Assembly: GCA_963835065.1 (NCBI GenBank)
Contig: CAWIEK010000049.1
Span: forward strand, 544,001 to 608,000
Length of the DNA: 64,000 nucleotides
Reading direction: 5' to 3'
From: an uncultured Chthonomonadaceae bacterium
Lineage (GTDB): Bacteria > Armatimonadota > Chthonomonadetes > Chthonomonadales > Chthonomonadaceae
The notes beneath the pieces are model-generated. The model searched no databases. It saw nothing but the letters and a program-made list of their open reading frames with translations, and was not told where the DNA came from. Of this stretch, positions 20,101 to 28,678 are shown one piece after another. A program made the position numbers and the translations under genes. Positions within the stretch are counted from its first letter, which is position 1; each line of letters opens with the position of its first letter.

Positions 20101-21221
20101 ATGGGAGCGCTCCCCTGCTGTTCGAGACGGCTTTTGCCGCCGCGTTTGCCCTGTTCGCGCTGGAAGCGGATCGAACCCGCAGAGCCATTCCGGTGGTGTT
20201 TGGCCTGCTGATTGTGGCGCTTGCCGCGCTTGCGAACCGCGCGTTTGCGCCGGATGGCGTCACGCTTACGCTTGCCGCGTATGGGATCGCGTATGCGCTG
20301 CTGGCATTGCGCTGCCGCGAAGCCGTATTTGTGGCTGCCGCTTCCTGTACACTTTCCGCCGCTTATGTGCATCATCTGCTGTCGCTGACCGCATGGTATG
20401 CTTCATGGTACGCGCCTTCGCATGTTCCCGCGCCCGCGCTGTCGTGGCCCCGTTTCGCGTTTGATATGGCGCAGGCTTCGCTGCTCTGGCTGCTGATCGG
20501 CTGGCAATTACGCAAACGGCTGAATTGTCCCGACCTGGCGCTGCCGCTCCTTCCGCTCGCGGGCAGTCTGGCGCTGGCAAGCGGGATTATCGCCCTGCTG
20601 AACGTGCAGATGCCGAGGGAGGGAATGTGGTCTATTCTGACACTGGGAGCAGCGGGCGTGGCCTGGTTCGGGCTGTGGGCGATGGAACAGGGCGATATTT
20701 GCCTGCACGTCGCCACCTGGAACCTGCTCCTCGCGTGGGGCCTTGTTGTTTACGATCATATGGGAGCGGACGCGGCGTTTCTGGACGTGTACTTGCTGCC
20801 TGTTGGCCTCTACCTGGTTATCATCGGGTATCTGCAAAGCGGGCGTCAGCGGCGTGAGCAGGCGCAATCGCTGTGGACAGGAGGGCTGCTGCTGACGATT
20901 ACGCCCGCCTTTCTCGCGTTTTGGAACCATGCCGGAGATATTCACACGCTGCTATTTATCGGCGAGTGTCTGGTGTCCGCGCTGTGGGGCATCTGGCAGC
21001 GTATCCGGGCTTTTGTTCTTGTCGGCATGGGCTACATTGCCTTGTATGCCGCTGCTGTCATTTCCGGGCATTTGCCCGACGTGTGGGGAACCCTCGTTAC
21101 GCTTATCGTTGGCGTTATCCTGTTCATCGCGGGTTTTTACATTCTCACGCACCGCGCCGTGATGCAGCGGTGGGCTGCGGTTGTTGAAAGGCAATGGGAA
21201 GCGTGGAAGGCATGGCGCTGA
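17130..21221 (+). CDS. Very large polytopic membrane protein (1363 aa) with an N-terminal Zn ribbon
   Basis: CSHCG...CGQC, Pro/Ala-rich linkers, many hydrophobic segments; AGGAG RBS. Confidence 0.8.
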   Translation: MESRPPAGAPFPTIRQWKSCSHCGAPNPPWASGCGQCRQPFPDAREAAAEEAAHIEYLLQQLPGWRQHGLLSESAHQRLRSDYLHLQKEFGDYLLQQQTGMSDAAKPGVASSVTPAASAALPVASAAVNPALQSAAQGTPVFWPMDLPGILPGQPAAAAPGLSVTAAPIGSMPHTPPFTSAPAPSIAPPHPPAGQGLRRFFQKHALQVLFALATVLVLAALRTMLGWTWIGDLAMRLLPVVPLGLTAMFWTFGQKTRTENPWAAFAYHGLAAALCAFDVIAVNKYWLPTPLPAKPAFMLASLAAVGVSGALLRSWREIAYLHLFQTAAVTMLFAIAQMLRLNVPPGDFRLTPLWLFGAAYLSYAAFCLWMARRSEETTPDNSADTKSAAHTTQGSEHSDAPAPQNAPSFGQNAPPVEQNAPPAVSIPAPALPIPGFAQGAGGASWRLAWIFWAHFSVVGVMFLAAVNIALEHPGPNDFAVLSLLAGLIYVSGAQLLQDARMVRVSCVFLMASGLFWLGSHHPARMWEGASAFLLLLSALALVFARYNRQRANGHGTGEHLAQAYLTVGMWNVGVASILSCLYALLAFEEVGQQNYHVYGVRGCVLTLACGMFYFIFARWEAKPALLYAAFVTWAVGLTSLLSAFSASRGMYPLALTLYGVGLALLARRQSRRAEEVRADGLDWATPQRNSGIGMATAGALLAVGLPFQDTLGASWLWTVATLTLALLLYTDEARTSGAAVYAYAALSCAACISALLTWRVLVPQPFRPADCLAVFTLAASATSLVLARRGSAANGGITSNSENVSDAKNLSDAAERLEHSKRVEHEERVRIHSKVMWRECVTHAALVAALICLGDGVYAFCAALETRHYAVSLLPCLVSSLLLCGGRYAGNRNANDALRRSALACAGIAAAAEAGLLCHAWQGAGSGWQPTALRAWGISLVALGWAWKLAARLARNWNEQEWWRHELTLAALTTAFLGLLPLTLGAEQPPHGSAPLLFETAFAAAFALFALEADRTRRAIPVVFGLLIVALAALANRAFAPDGVTLTLAAYGIAYALLALRCREAVFVAAASCTLSAAYVHHLLSLTAWYASWYAPSHVPAPALSWPRFAFDMAQASLLWLLIGWQLRKRLNCPDLALPLLPLAGSLALASGIIALLNVQMPREGMWSILTLGAAGVAWFGLWAMEQGDICLHVATWNLLLAWGLVVYDHMGADAAFLDVYLLPVGLYLVIIGYLQSGRQRREQAQSLWTGGLLLTITPAFLAFWNHAGDIHTLLFIGECLVSALWGIWQRIRAFVLVGMGYIALYAAAVISGHLPDVWGTLVTLIVGVILFIAGFYILTHRAVMQRWAAVVERQWEAWKAWR

Positions 21222-21399
21222 CCAAGTAGTTGATAGTTTGTAGTTGATAGTTGATAGAGATGCTGGAACTACGAACTTGCAGCGCCTCGCCGTTTGGGAG
21301 CAGAGGAAGGCCGGCAGTCGCTCTATTGCCGGAACAAACCTGCCTCGGAAACGTCAGGACTGCAGCGAGAAAACTACGCCCCTGGAGATATGCCTGTTT

Positions 21400-22356
21400 A
21401 TGAACATGAAAATGAACACCCGCGTACACTACACCTTAAAAACTTTAGGGGAGGCGGAAACCACCCTGCCGTTTTCTCGTCCTACCGGCTTTTTCCTATG
21501 GTTTCTCAGCATGCTCCTGCTCCAGTGCCTTGCCACTCCTCCGGCTGTTGCTCAGGCGCGTCTGCCCAAGCCCGACCATGTGATTGTCGTGATTGAGGAA
21601 AACAAAGGGTATTCGCAGATCATAGGTTCCGCAGCCGCTCCCTATCTGAATGTTCTTGCCCAACAGGGCGCGTCGTTCTCCAACTTTCTGTCCTTCCACC
21701 ATCCCAGCCAGCCCAACTACCTTGAGATTTTTTCGGGTTCCAATCAGGGCGTGTGGAATGATACCTGCCCTGCCAGCCGCCTGCAAGTTCCCAGTCTCGG
21801 CGGCGCGCTGATCAAGGCGGGCTTGACTTTTCGCGGGTATGCGGAAGACCTGCCGAGTGTGGGCGCAGCCGACATCTTCTTTCCCAAAATCAACCCCTCC
21901 TATGCTCGCAAGCATTGTCCCTGGGTTGACTTTGCGGATGTAGCCCCGCAGTTCAGCCAGCCGCTGACCGCTTTTCCCGCGCGCTACGAGACCCTTCCCA
22001 CCCTCGCTTTTGTGATCCCTAATCTGTGGGACGATATGCACAATGGCCGCGATCCGCAGCGCATCACTCAGGCCGACACCTGGCTGCAAAAGCATCTCAG
22101 CGGGTATGTCGAGTGGGCCAAAACTCACAACAGCCTGCTCATTGTCACCTGGGATGAGGACAACCATTTGCGCTACAGCCTTGCGCGCAACCACATCCCG
22201 ACCATCATGGTAGGCCCGATGGTTCAACCGGGCGTTTACAAGCAGGCGTACAATCATCACGACTTGCTGCGAACTCTGGAGGCGATGTATGGCCTGCCGC
22301 TGCTCGGCGCAAGCAAGCAGGCGCAGGTAATCACCGAGATTTGGAAAACGCATTGA
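21400..22356 (+). CDS. Secreted phosphoesterase / acid phosphatase (alkaline phosphatase superfamily); start uncertain
   Basis: PDHVIVVIEEN, HPSQPNY, YARKHCPW, IPNLWDDMH, IVTWDE. Confidence 0.85.
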   Translation: MNMKMNTRVHYTLKTLGEAETTLPFSRPTGFFLWFLSMLLLQCLATPPAVAQARLPKPDHVIVVIEENKGYSQIIGSAAAPYLNVLAQQGASFSNFLSFHHPSQPNYLEIFSGSNQGVWNDTCPASRLQVPSLGGALIKAGLTFRGYAEDLPSVGAADIFFPKINPSYARKHCPWVDFADVAPQFSQPLTAFPARYETLPTLAFVIPNLWDDMHNGRDPQRITQADTWLQKHLSGYVEWAKTHNSLLIVTWDEDNHLRYSLARNHIPTIMVGPMVQPGVYKQAYNHHDLLRTLEAMYGLPLLGASKQAQVITEIWKTH

Positions 22357-22390
22357 GACTGCTGCGAGTACGAGAGAATGGAGCGGATGA

Positions 22391-22705
22391 ATGGGATTTG
22401 ATCAATACCACGAGCCACCGGGCGAACTGCCGGAAGAAACGCGCACCTTTGCGCGGATGATGCTTTCGATGATCGAAGAAGCGCAGGCGATTGACTGGTA
22501 CGAGCAGCGCCTTGCGGTGGAAAAAGACGCGCAGGCCAAAGCCATCATGCGCAACGCGCAGCAGGAAGAGTTCAAGCACTTCGGCATGGACTTGGAATTT
22601 CTGTTGCGCAAGAAACCCAAGTGGCGCGCGATCCTTCAGGACATTTTGTTCAAAGAAGGCGATATTGTCCAGCACGGCGAAGAGGCCGAAGAAGCGGCGG
22701 GTTAG
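22391..22705 (+). CDS. Encapsulin-associated-type ferritin-like protein (EncFtn/Flp family)
   Basis: YHEP..L, SMIEEAQAIDWYEQR and EEFKH ferroxidase motifs. Confidence 0.8.
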   Translation: MGFDQYHEPPGELPEETRTFARMMLSMIEEAQAIDWYEQRLAVEKDAQAKAIMRNAQQEEFKHFGMDLEFLLRKKPKWRAILQDILFKEGDIVQHGEEAEEAAG

Positions 22706-22719
22706 GAGGACGCAGGGAT

Positions 22720-23502
22720 TTGGCACAGCCCCAGACTCATGCGGACGCGACTTGGCATCCCGTTTATATCGGCACGGCTGGATGGTCGCTGCCAAAGGAG
22801 TATGCCGCCCACTTCCCCGAAGCCGGTACGCATCTCGCGCGTTACGCCCAAAGTTTCAACGGAGTGGAAATCAACTCGTCCTTTTACAAGCCGCATCGTT
22901 TCGCCACGTATGCGCGCTGGTCGGCGTCCGTGCCCGCAGGCTTTCGTTTTGCAGTCAAGGTTCCGAAAGAGATTACGCATCAGCTGAAACTTGTAGACGC
23001 GATCCCGCCGCTTGAGCGCTTTCTCGCAGAAATATCCGGCCTGGGAATCAGTCTCGGTCCTCTGCTCGTCCAACTGCCGCCGAGCCTGGCCTTTGACATG
23101 CCGGTTGCCCAAGCGTTCATTGCCTGTTTGCGGGCGCGTTTCACGGGCAATATTGTCTGTGAGCCTCGCCATGCCGGTTGGTTTGGCGGGGAAGCCGAGC
23201 GCGTTCTGACGGATTTCCAGATCGCTCGCGTCGCCGCCGATCCCGCGCCTGTGCCGGAAGCCGCGTATCCGGGTGGGTGGCAAGGACTTGCGTATTATCG
23301 CCTGCACGGTTCGCCGCGCATGTACTATTCGGCCTATTCCGACGACGCTCTGAGAACGCTGGCGCAGAACCTGCGCGCAAGGCTGCAATCGGCGTCCGCC
23401 TGGTGCATCTTCGACAATACCGCGTTGGGCGCCGCTACGGGAGATGCGCTCCACACGGCAAAGCGGCTGCAACAGCAAAATGAGGACGAGACGAAAAGAT
23501 GA
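22720..23502 (+). CDS. DUF72 family protein
   Basis: YIGTAGWS, VEINSSFY, FAVKVP, LVQLPPS, YYRLHG, CIFDNT; AGGAGG RBS before a TTG start. Confidence 0.88.
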   Translation: MAQPQTHADATWHPVYIGTAGWSLPKEYAAHFPEAGTHLARYAQSFNGVEINSSFYKPHRFATYARWSASVPAGFRFAVKVPKEITHQLKLVDAIPPLERFLAEISGLGISLGPLLVQLPPSLAFDMPVAQAFIACLRARFTGNIVCEPRHAGWFGGEAERVLTDFQIARVAADPAPVPEAAYPGGWQGLAYYRLHGSPRMYYSAYSDDALRTLAQNLRARLQSASAWCIFDNTALGAATGDALHTAKRLQQQNEDETKR

Positions 23503-24554
23503 ACATTGGAATTATTGGGGCGGGCGGGATTGCGCAAAAGATGCACCTGCCGCAGCTTGCAGCATTGGCGCAAACGGAAGACGTTCGCGTGACGCATCTG
23601 GCGGGGCGCAAGGAACACCGCCTGCGCCTGCTTGCCGAACGCTATGGTGTGCCGCACTGGACAACCGATTACACCGAATTGCTCAACGCGCCTGATATAG
23701 ACGGCATTATCGTCGCGCTGCCGCATCCGATGCACGTTCGCGTTGGCCTGGAAGTGTTGCGCGCGGGCAAGCATCTGTACATGCAAAAACCATTGTGCGC
23801 CGATATGGACGAGGCGGACGCTTTTGTCGCCGCTGTGGAGAAAACGGATCGCATCGTGTACTGCCTGCCGCATTTCGGCGCGGAAGTTTACGCTTGCCGC
23901 CATCTGGCGCGTGAGGGCGCGATTGGCAGACTGTCCGGCGCGCATTGCCGCGTCAGTCACGGCGGGCCGGAAGTGTACTATGCGGAAATCCGCGACAACT
24001 TTGGCGAAGCCGATGAGGGTTTATGGTTTTTTCAGCCGGGCGAGGCGGCGGTGGGCGCGCTGTTCGACATGGGCGTGTACGCTGTCGCCGCCCTTGTCGC
24101 CACGCTTGGCAGCGTCACAAGCGTTATGGGCCAAACCGCCACGCTGGATAAGCCGACAACGCTGGAAGATACCGCCACCCTCCTGCTGCAATTCGCTAAT
24201 GGCGCGCTTGGCACGGCAGAAACCGGCTGGTGCGACCCCGCCCGCACGTGGCTGCTGCGCATAAATGGCACACGTGGCAAGCTGGTAACGCCCGGACACG
24301 AGGGCGCGCGCCTGACCCGCTGGGAACCCGGCAGCTACACCCGCGAAGACGAACCTGCCCAACCGCATGATGTAGATGTTGCGAGCTATGAGCGCGGCAA
24401 TTCCCACGCAGAATGGCTGCGCTGCATCCGCGAAAACCGACCGCCCGAACTCAGCCACGCCCGCGCCGCCCGCCACGTCACCGAAATCCTGCTGGCCGGC
24501 CTGGAATCCGCCCGGATGGGACGACGGATAGACCTGCAAACCACCGCAGAGTAG
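23499..24554 (+). CDS. Gfo/Idh/MocA oxidoreductase
   Basis: GIIGAGGIA, GKHLYMQKP, GALFDMGVY. Confidence 0.88.
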   Translation: MNIGIIGAGGIAQKMHLPQLAALAQTEDVRVTHLAGRKEHRLRLLAERYGVPHWTTDYTELLNAPDIDGIIVALPHPMHVRVGLEVLRAGKHLYMQKPLCADMDEADAFVAAVEKTDRIVYCLPHFGAEVYACRHLAREGAIGRLSGAHCRVSHGGPEVYYAEIRDNFGEADEGLWFFQPGEAAVGALFDMGVYAVAALVATLGSVTSVMGQTATLDKPTTLEDTATLLLQFANGALGTAETGWCDPARTWLLRINGTRGKLVTPGHEGARLTRWEPGSYTREDEPAQPHDVDVASYERGNSHAEWLRCIRENRPPELSHARAARHVTEILLAGLESARMGRRIDLQTTAE

Positions 24555-24565
24555 AAAAGAAGAAA

Positions 24566-24800
24566 AGAAGAGAAGAAGAGAAGATTAGGAACCGCGAAAC
24601 ACACGAACCATACGAAAAAAGACGAAAAGAACATGAAACCGCAGAGGCCATCACTTGTTCGGAACAAGCAGGCTTCCTTTCGTCTGTTCGTAATCCTGTT
24701 TAATCCTTCTAATCCTGTTAATCCTGTCTATTTTCTTTTTTGTCCTCTTTTCGTTTGGTTCGTGTGTTTCGCGGTTCCCAATCTTCTCTTCTTCTCTTCT
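24566..24800. repeat. Palindromic MITE-like element with 9-mer internal repeats; related copies at 58132-58343 and 56715-56795 (partial, inverted)
   Basis: Arms GGAACCGCGAAACACACGAA / TTCGTGTGTTTCGCGGTTCC with internal (TAATCCTGT)n. Confidence 0.8.
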
Positions 24801-25015
24801 CTTCATTCTTTTCTTTCAAAAATCAGGAAGGTATCTCCCGCGTTCATGTCCAATTAGAGGGTAAAGTTGCTATCGTACCTTTCAGTACCCCTTTCGCTGC
24901 TGTTGTTGGGCGTTTGGACTTGGTTGAAGTTTTCGTTGTAGGTTCCTGATTTTTCGATTTGCGCGGCTGGTGACGCGCGCATCACGCGCTGACGCGGGAA
25001 AGGCAGAAAACAGCC

Positions 25016-26354
25016 ATGAACTGCAAGACTTGTGGGATGGACAGCAAGACGGCGGGAACATGCAGTTGGTGCGGGGCGTCATTGGTGTCGCCGGAAGACG
25101 CACCCGCTGTTGTAAAACCGGAACGGGCGCGGCCTGTTGTCCGGGAAGAATTAGAAGAACTGGACGCGCCGGAAACGGAAGTCGAGATCGGCACGGTTCC
25201 CTCCCTGCATAGCCTGCGGACGGAACCCAGGCCGGGAGATTCCCCGGCCCCTGTCTCACCCTCTTCGTCCGCGCCTCCGGCCTCTGCCCCGCATGTGACC
25301 GTCACATCAGCGCGTAAAATGGCTCCGCCGGTTCCGCCTCCCGGCAAGCTGCGCGCTCCCGCGCCTGCCGTGCCCCCGCCTTCCTCGCGCTCGGCTTCTT
25401 CACCTTCCTCCGCAACCGGCAAATTGCCGCCGCTCAGTTCGGTGTCGGAGGCCCACGCCCCTGCCGCGTCTGTCCGTGCCCCGATAGCCTCCCTTCAGGA
25501 GCAGGCCGACGCCCTTGTCACTCCTTCCGGCGCGAAAAACGAGGTTTCTGCTGATGCGCTCTCCCCAACAACGACAACAGCGGCAACAACAGCGACGACA
25601 ACAGCTGATGCCGTCACCAATGACGCCCCTCGCGGCAACGCTGACCGCAGCCCCTGCCGCGTCCGTCCAGCCCCTCACTTCCACCGCGCCGCTCCTTAGT
25701 GCAAGCGCGGCTTCGAGCGGGGTGGATACGGCTATTGGTACGGGCGTGACGCCGGTCAAACCGACCACGCCATCTGCGCCCGGTAAGCCACCAATAACGG
25801 AGCAGCAGAAACGCGCCGCCGTAAATGCCGCGCTTGCCGAGTCCACCTACTCCCTGACCGAACTGCTGGGCCGCTATCTGGGCGTGTTTACCGTGATTGT
25901 CATTGCGACAGGTTTACTGGCGCATCTGCAGCCGCGCTTTTACCTGGTTCCGATGCTGATTGCCATGTTCGTTTCGGCAATGCTGCTGCCCATTATGCGG
26001 GTCACGCCCTGGGTGGAAGAAGACGGCGAGGATGTGGCCCTGTTCATCGGCCTGACGCTGCTGTTCGGGCCACTGGTCGCCTTTATTATCTACGGCGTGA
26101 TTGCAGTAGTGCGCCAATCGTTTAATGCGTCGGTGATGGGCGGGTTGGCGGTCGTCGCCCTGCTGCGCATCGTGGCGGAAGTGAGCGCGGGCAATGTGGG
26201 CAGCATAAGCCAATTGTTCACCATGACCTCGCCCTTCGCCAGTTTGCAGCACGTAGACAGCGGCATCCTCAAATTGCTGTTCCGCAACTGGTCGGGACTT
26301 GCCGCCCTCGCCGGCTGGTACGCGGCCAGTTCGTTCCATAAGGAAGACGAGTAA
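25016..26354 (+). CDS. Zn-ribbon + Pro/Ala-rich linker + multi-TM membrane protein, apparently frameshifted (ORFs 25016-25699 and 25515-26354)
   Basis: MNCKTCG..CSWCG N-terminus; low-complexity composition continues across two overlapping frames into a hydrophobic domain. Confidence 0.6.
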
Positions 26355-26363
26355 AGGAAACTT

Positions 26364-27248
26364 ATGTACCTTTCTATACGCGATGAGATTGTGTTTGCCG
26401 CCGGGTATGACACCTTGGCGGAGGGACTGCGCGACCTGAACATTCGGGGCGTGGAGTTGTGGGTCAAGCGCGACGATACGGTTCCTGCTATTGCGCCGTC
26501 CCGTGACCCGGAAGGCCGCGCCCGCCTGCATTTGACTTCAGCAACGGACATAGACGAACTGTACGGGCAGGCGCGGGCGGAAGCGGTTCATATTGCCGCG
26601 CTGTGCCTGGGAACCAACTTCAACGCGCCCGACAAAGCCGGGGAAATCGCATGGGCGATACGCGCTGTTCACGCGGCGCAGGCGTTGGGAGCGCCCGCCG
26701 TACGGATTGATGCGGTGATGAGCGGCGAAAAGGATTTGCCATTAGCACAGAGGCAGCAGCTTGTGGCCGAAGCGGTAGAACAAATTTTGGCGGCAACCGC
26801 GCACACGGGCGTTGATCTTGGAATCGAAAATCACGGCTTTCAGGGCAACGATCCCGATTTTATCGAAGGCTTGCTTTCCCGCGTCAACTCTCCCCGACTC
26901 GGCCTGACGCTGGATTCGGGCAACTTCTACTGGCGCGGTTGGCCGCTGTCGAGAGTGTATGAAATTTTTGAGCAGTTCGCGCACCGCGTCAAGCACACAC
27001 ACATCAAAAACATCGCGTACCCGCCCGAACTGCGCGAAACCCAGCGCGAAATGGGCTATGAATACGGCAAATACGTTTCGCCCATCCATGAAGGCGACAT
27101 TGACCACGCCCGCTACATCCAAATCCTGCATACGGCGGGTTATGACCGCGACATCTGCCTGGAAGACGAATCCTTCGGCAAATACACGCTCGAACAGCGC
27201 CAGGCCAACCTGCGCGCCGCCGCCGACTTCTTCCGCCCCTTGCTGTAA
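26364..27248 (+). CDS. Sugar phosphate isomerase/epimerase (xylose isomerase-like TIM barrel)
   Basis: GIENHG, LTLDSGN, HTHIK, CLEDE. Confidence 0.85.
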   Translation: MYLSIRDEIVFAAGYDTLAEGLRDLNIRGVELWVKRDDTVPAIAPSRDPEGRARLHLTSATDIDELYGQARAEAVHIAALCLGTNFNAPDKAGEIAWAIRAVHAAQALGAPAVRIDAVMSGEKDLPLAQRQQLVAEAVEQILAATAHTGVDLGIENHGFQGNDPDFIEGLLSRVNSPRLGLTLDSGNFYWRGWPLSRVYEIFEQFAHRVKHTHIKNIAYPPELRETQREMGYEYGKYVSPIHEGDIDHARYIQILHTAGYDRDICLEDESFGKYTLEQRQANLRAAADFFRPLL

Positions 27249-27283
27249 CAGGCCCTCACCGCAACCCGTTCAAATAAGAGTCC

Positions 27284-27466
27284 GTAGGGGCGCAATAAAT
27301 TGCGCCCTCTGCCGCGCCTGCGCCCTCTGCCACACTTGCTCTCTGAACAGACATCTTGCGGGCGTGATGCGGTAGGTTGCGGGCGTGATGCGGTAGGTTG
27401 GGGCGTGATGCGGTAGGTTGCGGGCGTGATGCGGTAGGTTGCGGGCGTGATGAATCACGCCCCTAC
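27284..27466. repeat. REP-like GTAGGGGCG palindromes flanking a 21-bp tandem repeat (TTGCGGGCGTGATGCGGTAGG)x4
   Basis: GTAGGGGCGCAATAAATTGCGCCC at 27284 and GGGCGTGATGAATCACGCCCCTAC at ~27443; no spacers between units. Confidence 0.75.
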
Positions 27467-27507
27467 AAACCTTATTTGAATGGTATTGATTTTAGCTGCC
27501 AACTCGT

Positions 27508-28566
27508 TTATCTTATGGCGGCAAAGGCGGACTGCGCGGCGGCGTAAACTGTTTTGGCGGGAACATTATGCGCGCGGGCCGCGGCTTTCACATCTTCGTA
27601 TTCCGGGGAGGCGGTAGTGTCCTTGCCCTGCCAGTGGCCGATTTTGACGCGGATTGCGCCATACGGCGTTTCTACGCTTTCCCACCGTCGTTCCAGGGTG
27701 AAACGCTGCATGGTGGTATAACGGATGCCGAACGTGCTGGTTTCCGCAAACAGAACCGCCGCCAGTTCGTCGCGCTTGTCCTCCGCTCCCAAGATGGTCA
27801 GCAGAATCGCCGGACGGTTCTTTTTCATTTGGATATCCGTCAAAAACACATCCACCGCCCCCGCCGCAAACAGCCGCTCCATGACAATTTCATACAACTC
27901 CGGCGAAAAATCGTCCAGATTGGTTTCCAGAACCGCGACAGTTGATAGTTGATAGTTGATAGTTGATAGCGCATCCTCTTCTTCCGTCTTCCGTCTTCCG
28001 TCTTCCGTCTTCTCTTCTTCTGTTCCCTGTTCCCTGTTCCCTGTTCCCTCGCTTTTCCCTTTTCCCTTTTCCCTTTTCCCTTCCTCCGGCGTATGATCCA
28101 CCGGCTCGTCGCGCAGCAGGGCGAGGGCGTGGGGCAGGAGGGGCAGGAGGGTTTCCAGACCGTCGCGCACACCGCCGGGGCTGCCGGGCAGGTTGACGAT
28201 CAGGGTTTGCTGCCGAATGACTGCCATGCCCCGCGACAGCGCGGCGCGAGGGAATTTCTGGTAGCCGGTCCAGCGCAGCAGTTCCGCGAGGCCAGGCGCG
28301 TCGCGCTCCATTACAGCGCGGGTCGCTTCCGGCGTAATATCGCGGGGCGCGAAGCCCGTGCCGCCCGTCGTCATAATCAAATCGCAGCCCAGATTGCACC
28401 ACTGCCGCAACCTATCGGCAATAGTTTCCAAATCGTCCGGCACAACCCCGCGCTGAACAATCTCAAAGCCATTCGCGTGTAACCCATCGGCAAGCGCTAC
28501 CCCGGAAACATCTTCCCGCTCCCCCCGCGAACACCCATCACTAACCGTCAGAACTCCCGCTTTCAA
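27508..28566 (-). CDS. Fusion of a MogA/MoaB molybdopterin adenylyltransferase domain and a LarC C-terminal domain
   Basis: LTVSD..EDVSG, TTGGTGFAPRDITPEAT, NLPGSP; then LETNLDD, AGAVDV, QMKKNRP, ETSTFGIR, TPYG.IRVK, PEYED. Confidence 0.85.
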   Translation of the reverse strand: MKAGVLTVSDGCSRGEREDVSGVALADGLHANGFEIVQRGVVPDDLETIADRLRQWCNLGCDLIMTTGGTGFAPRDITPEATRAVMERDAPGLAELLRWTGYQKFPRAALSRGMAVIRQQTLIVNLPGSPGGVRDGLETLLPLLPHALALLRDEPVDHTPEEGKREKGKGKSEGTGNREQGTEEEKTEDGRRKTEEEDALSTINYQLSTVAVLETNLDDFSPELYEIVMERLFAAGAVDVFLTDIQMKKNRPAILLTILGAEDKRDELAAVLFAETSTFGIRYTTMQRFTLERRWESVETPYGAIRVKIGHWQGKDTTASPEYEDVKAAARAHNVPAKTVYAAAQSAFAAIR

Positions 28567-28678
28567 TTATTATTCTCCCGCTTAAAGAAGAAAGTGATGA
28601 GTGATGAGTGATGAGTGATGAATTAGCATCCCATTCATTACTCATCATTCATCACTCATCACTTTCTTTCCCCAACCC

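Noticed and set aside
27356..27462. Possible CRISPR array
   Set aside because: The units are contiguous 20-21-bp tandem repeats with no unique spacers, and no cas genes are present.
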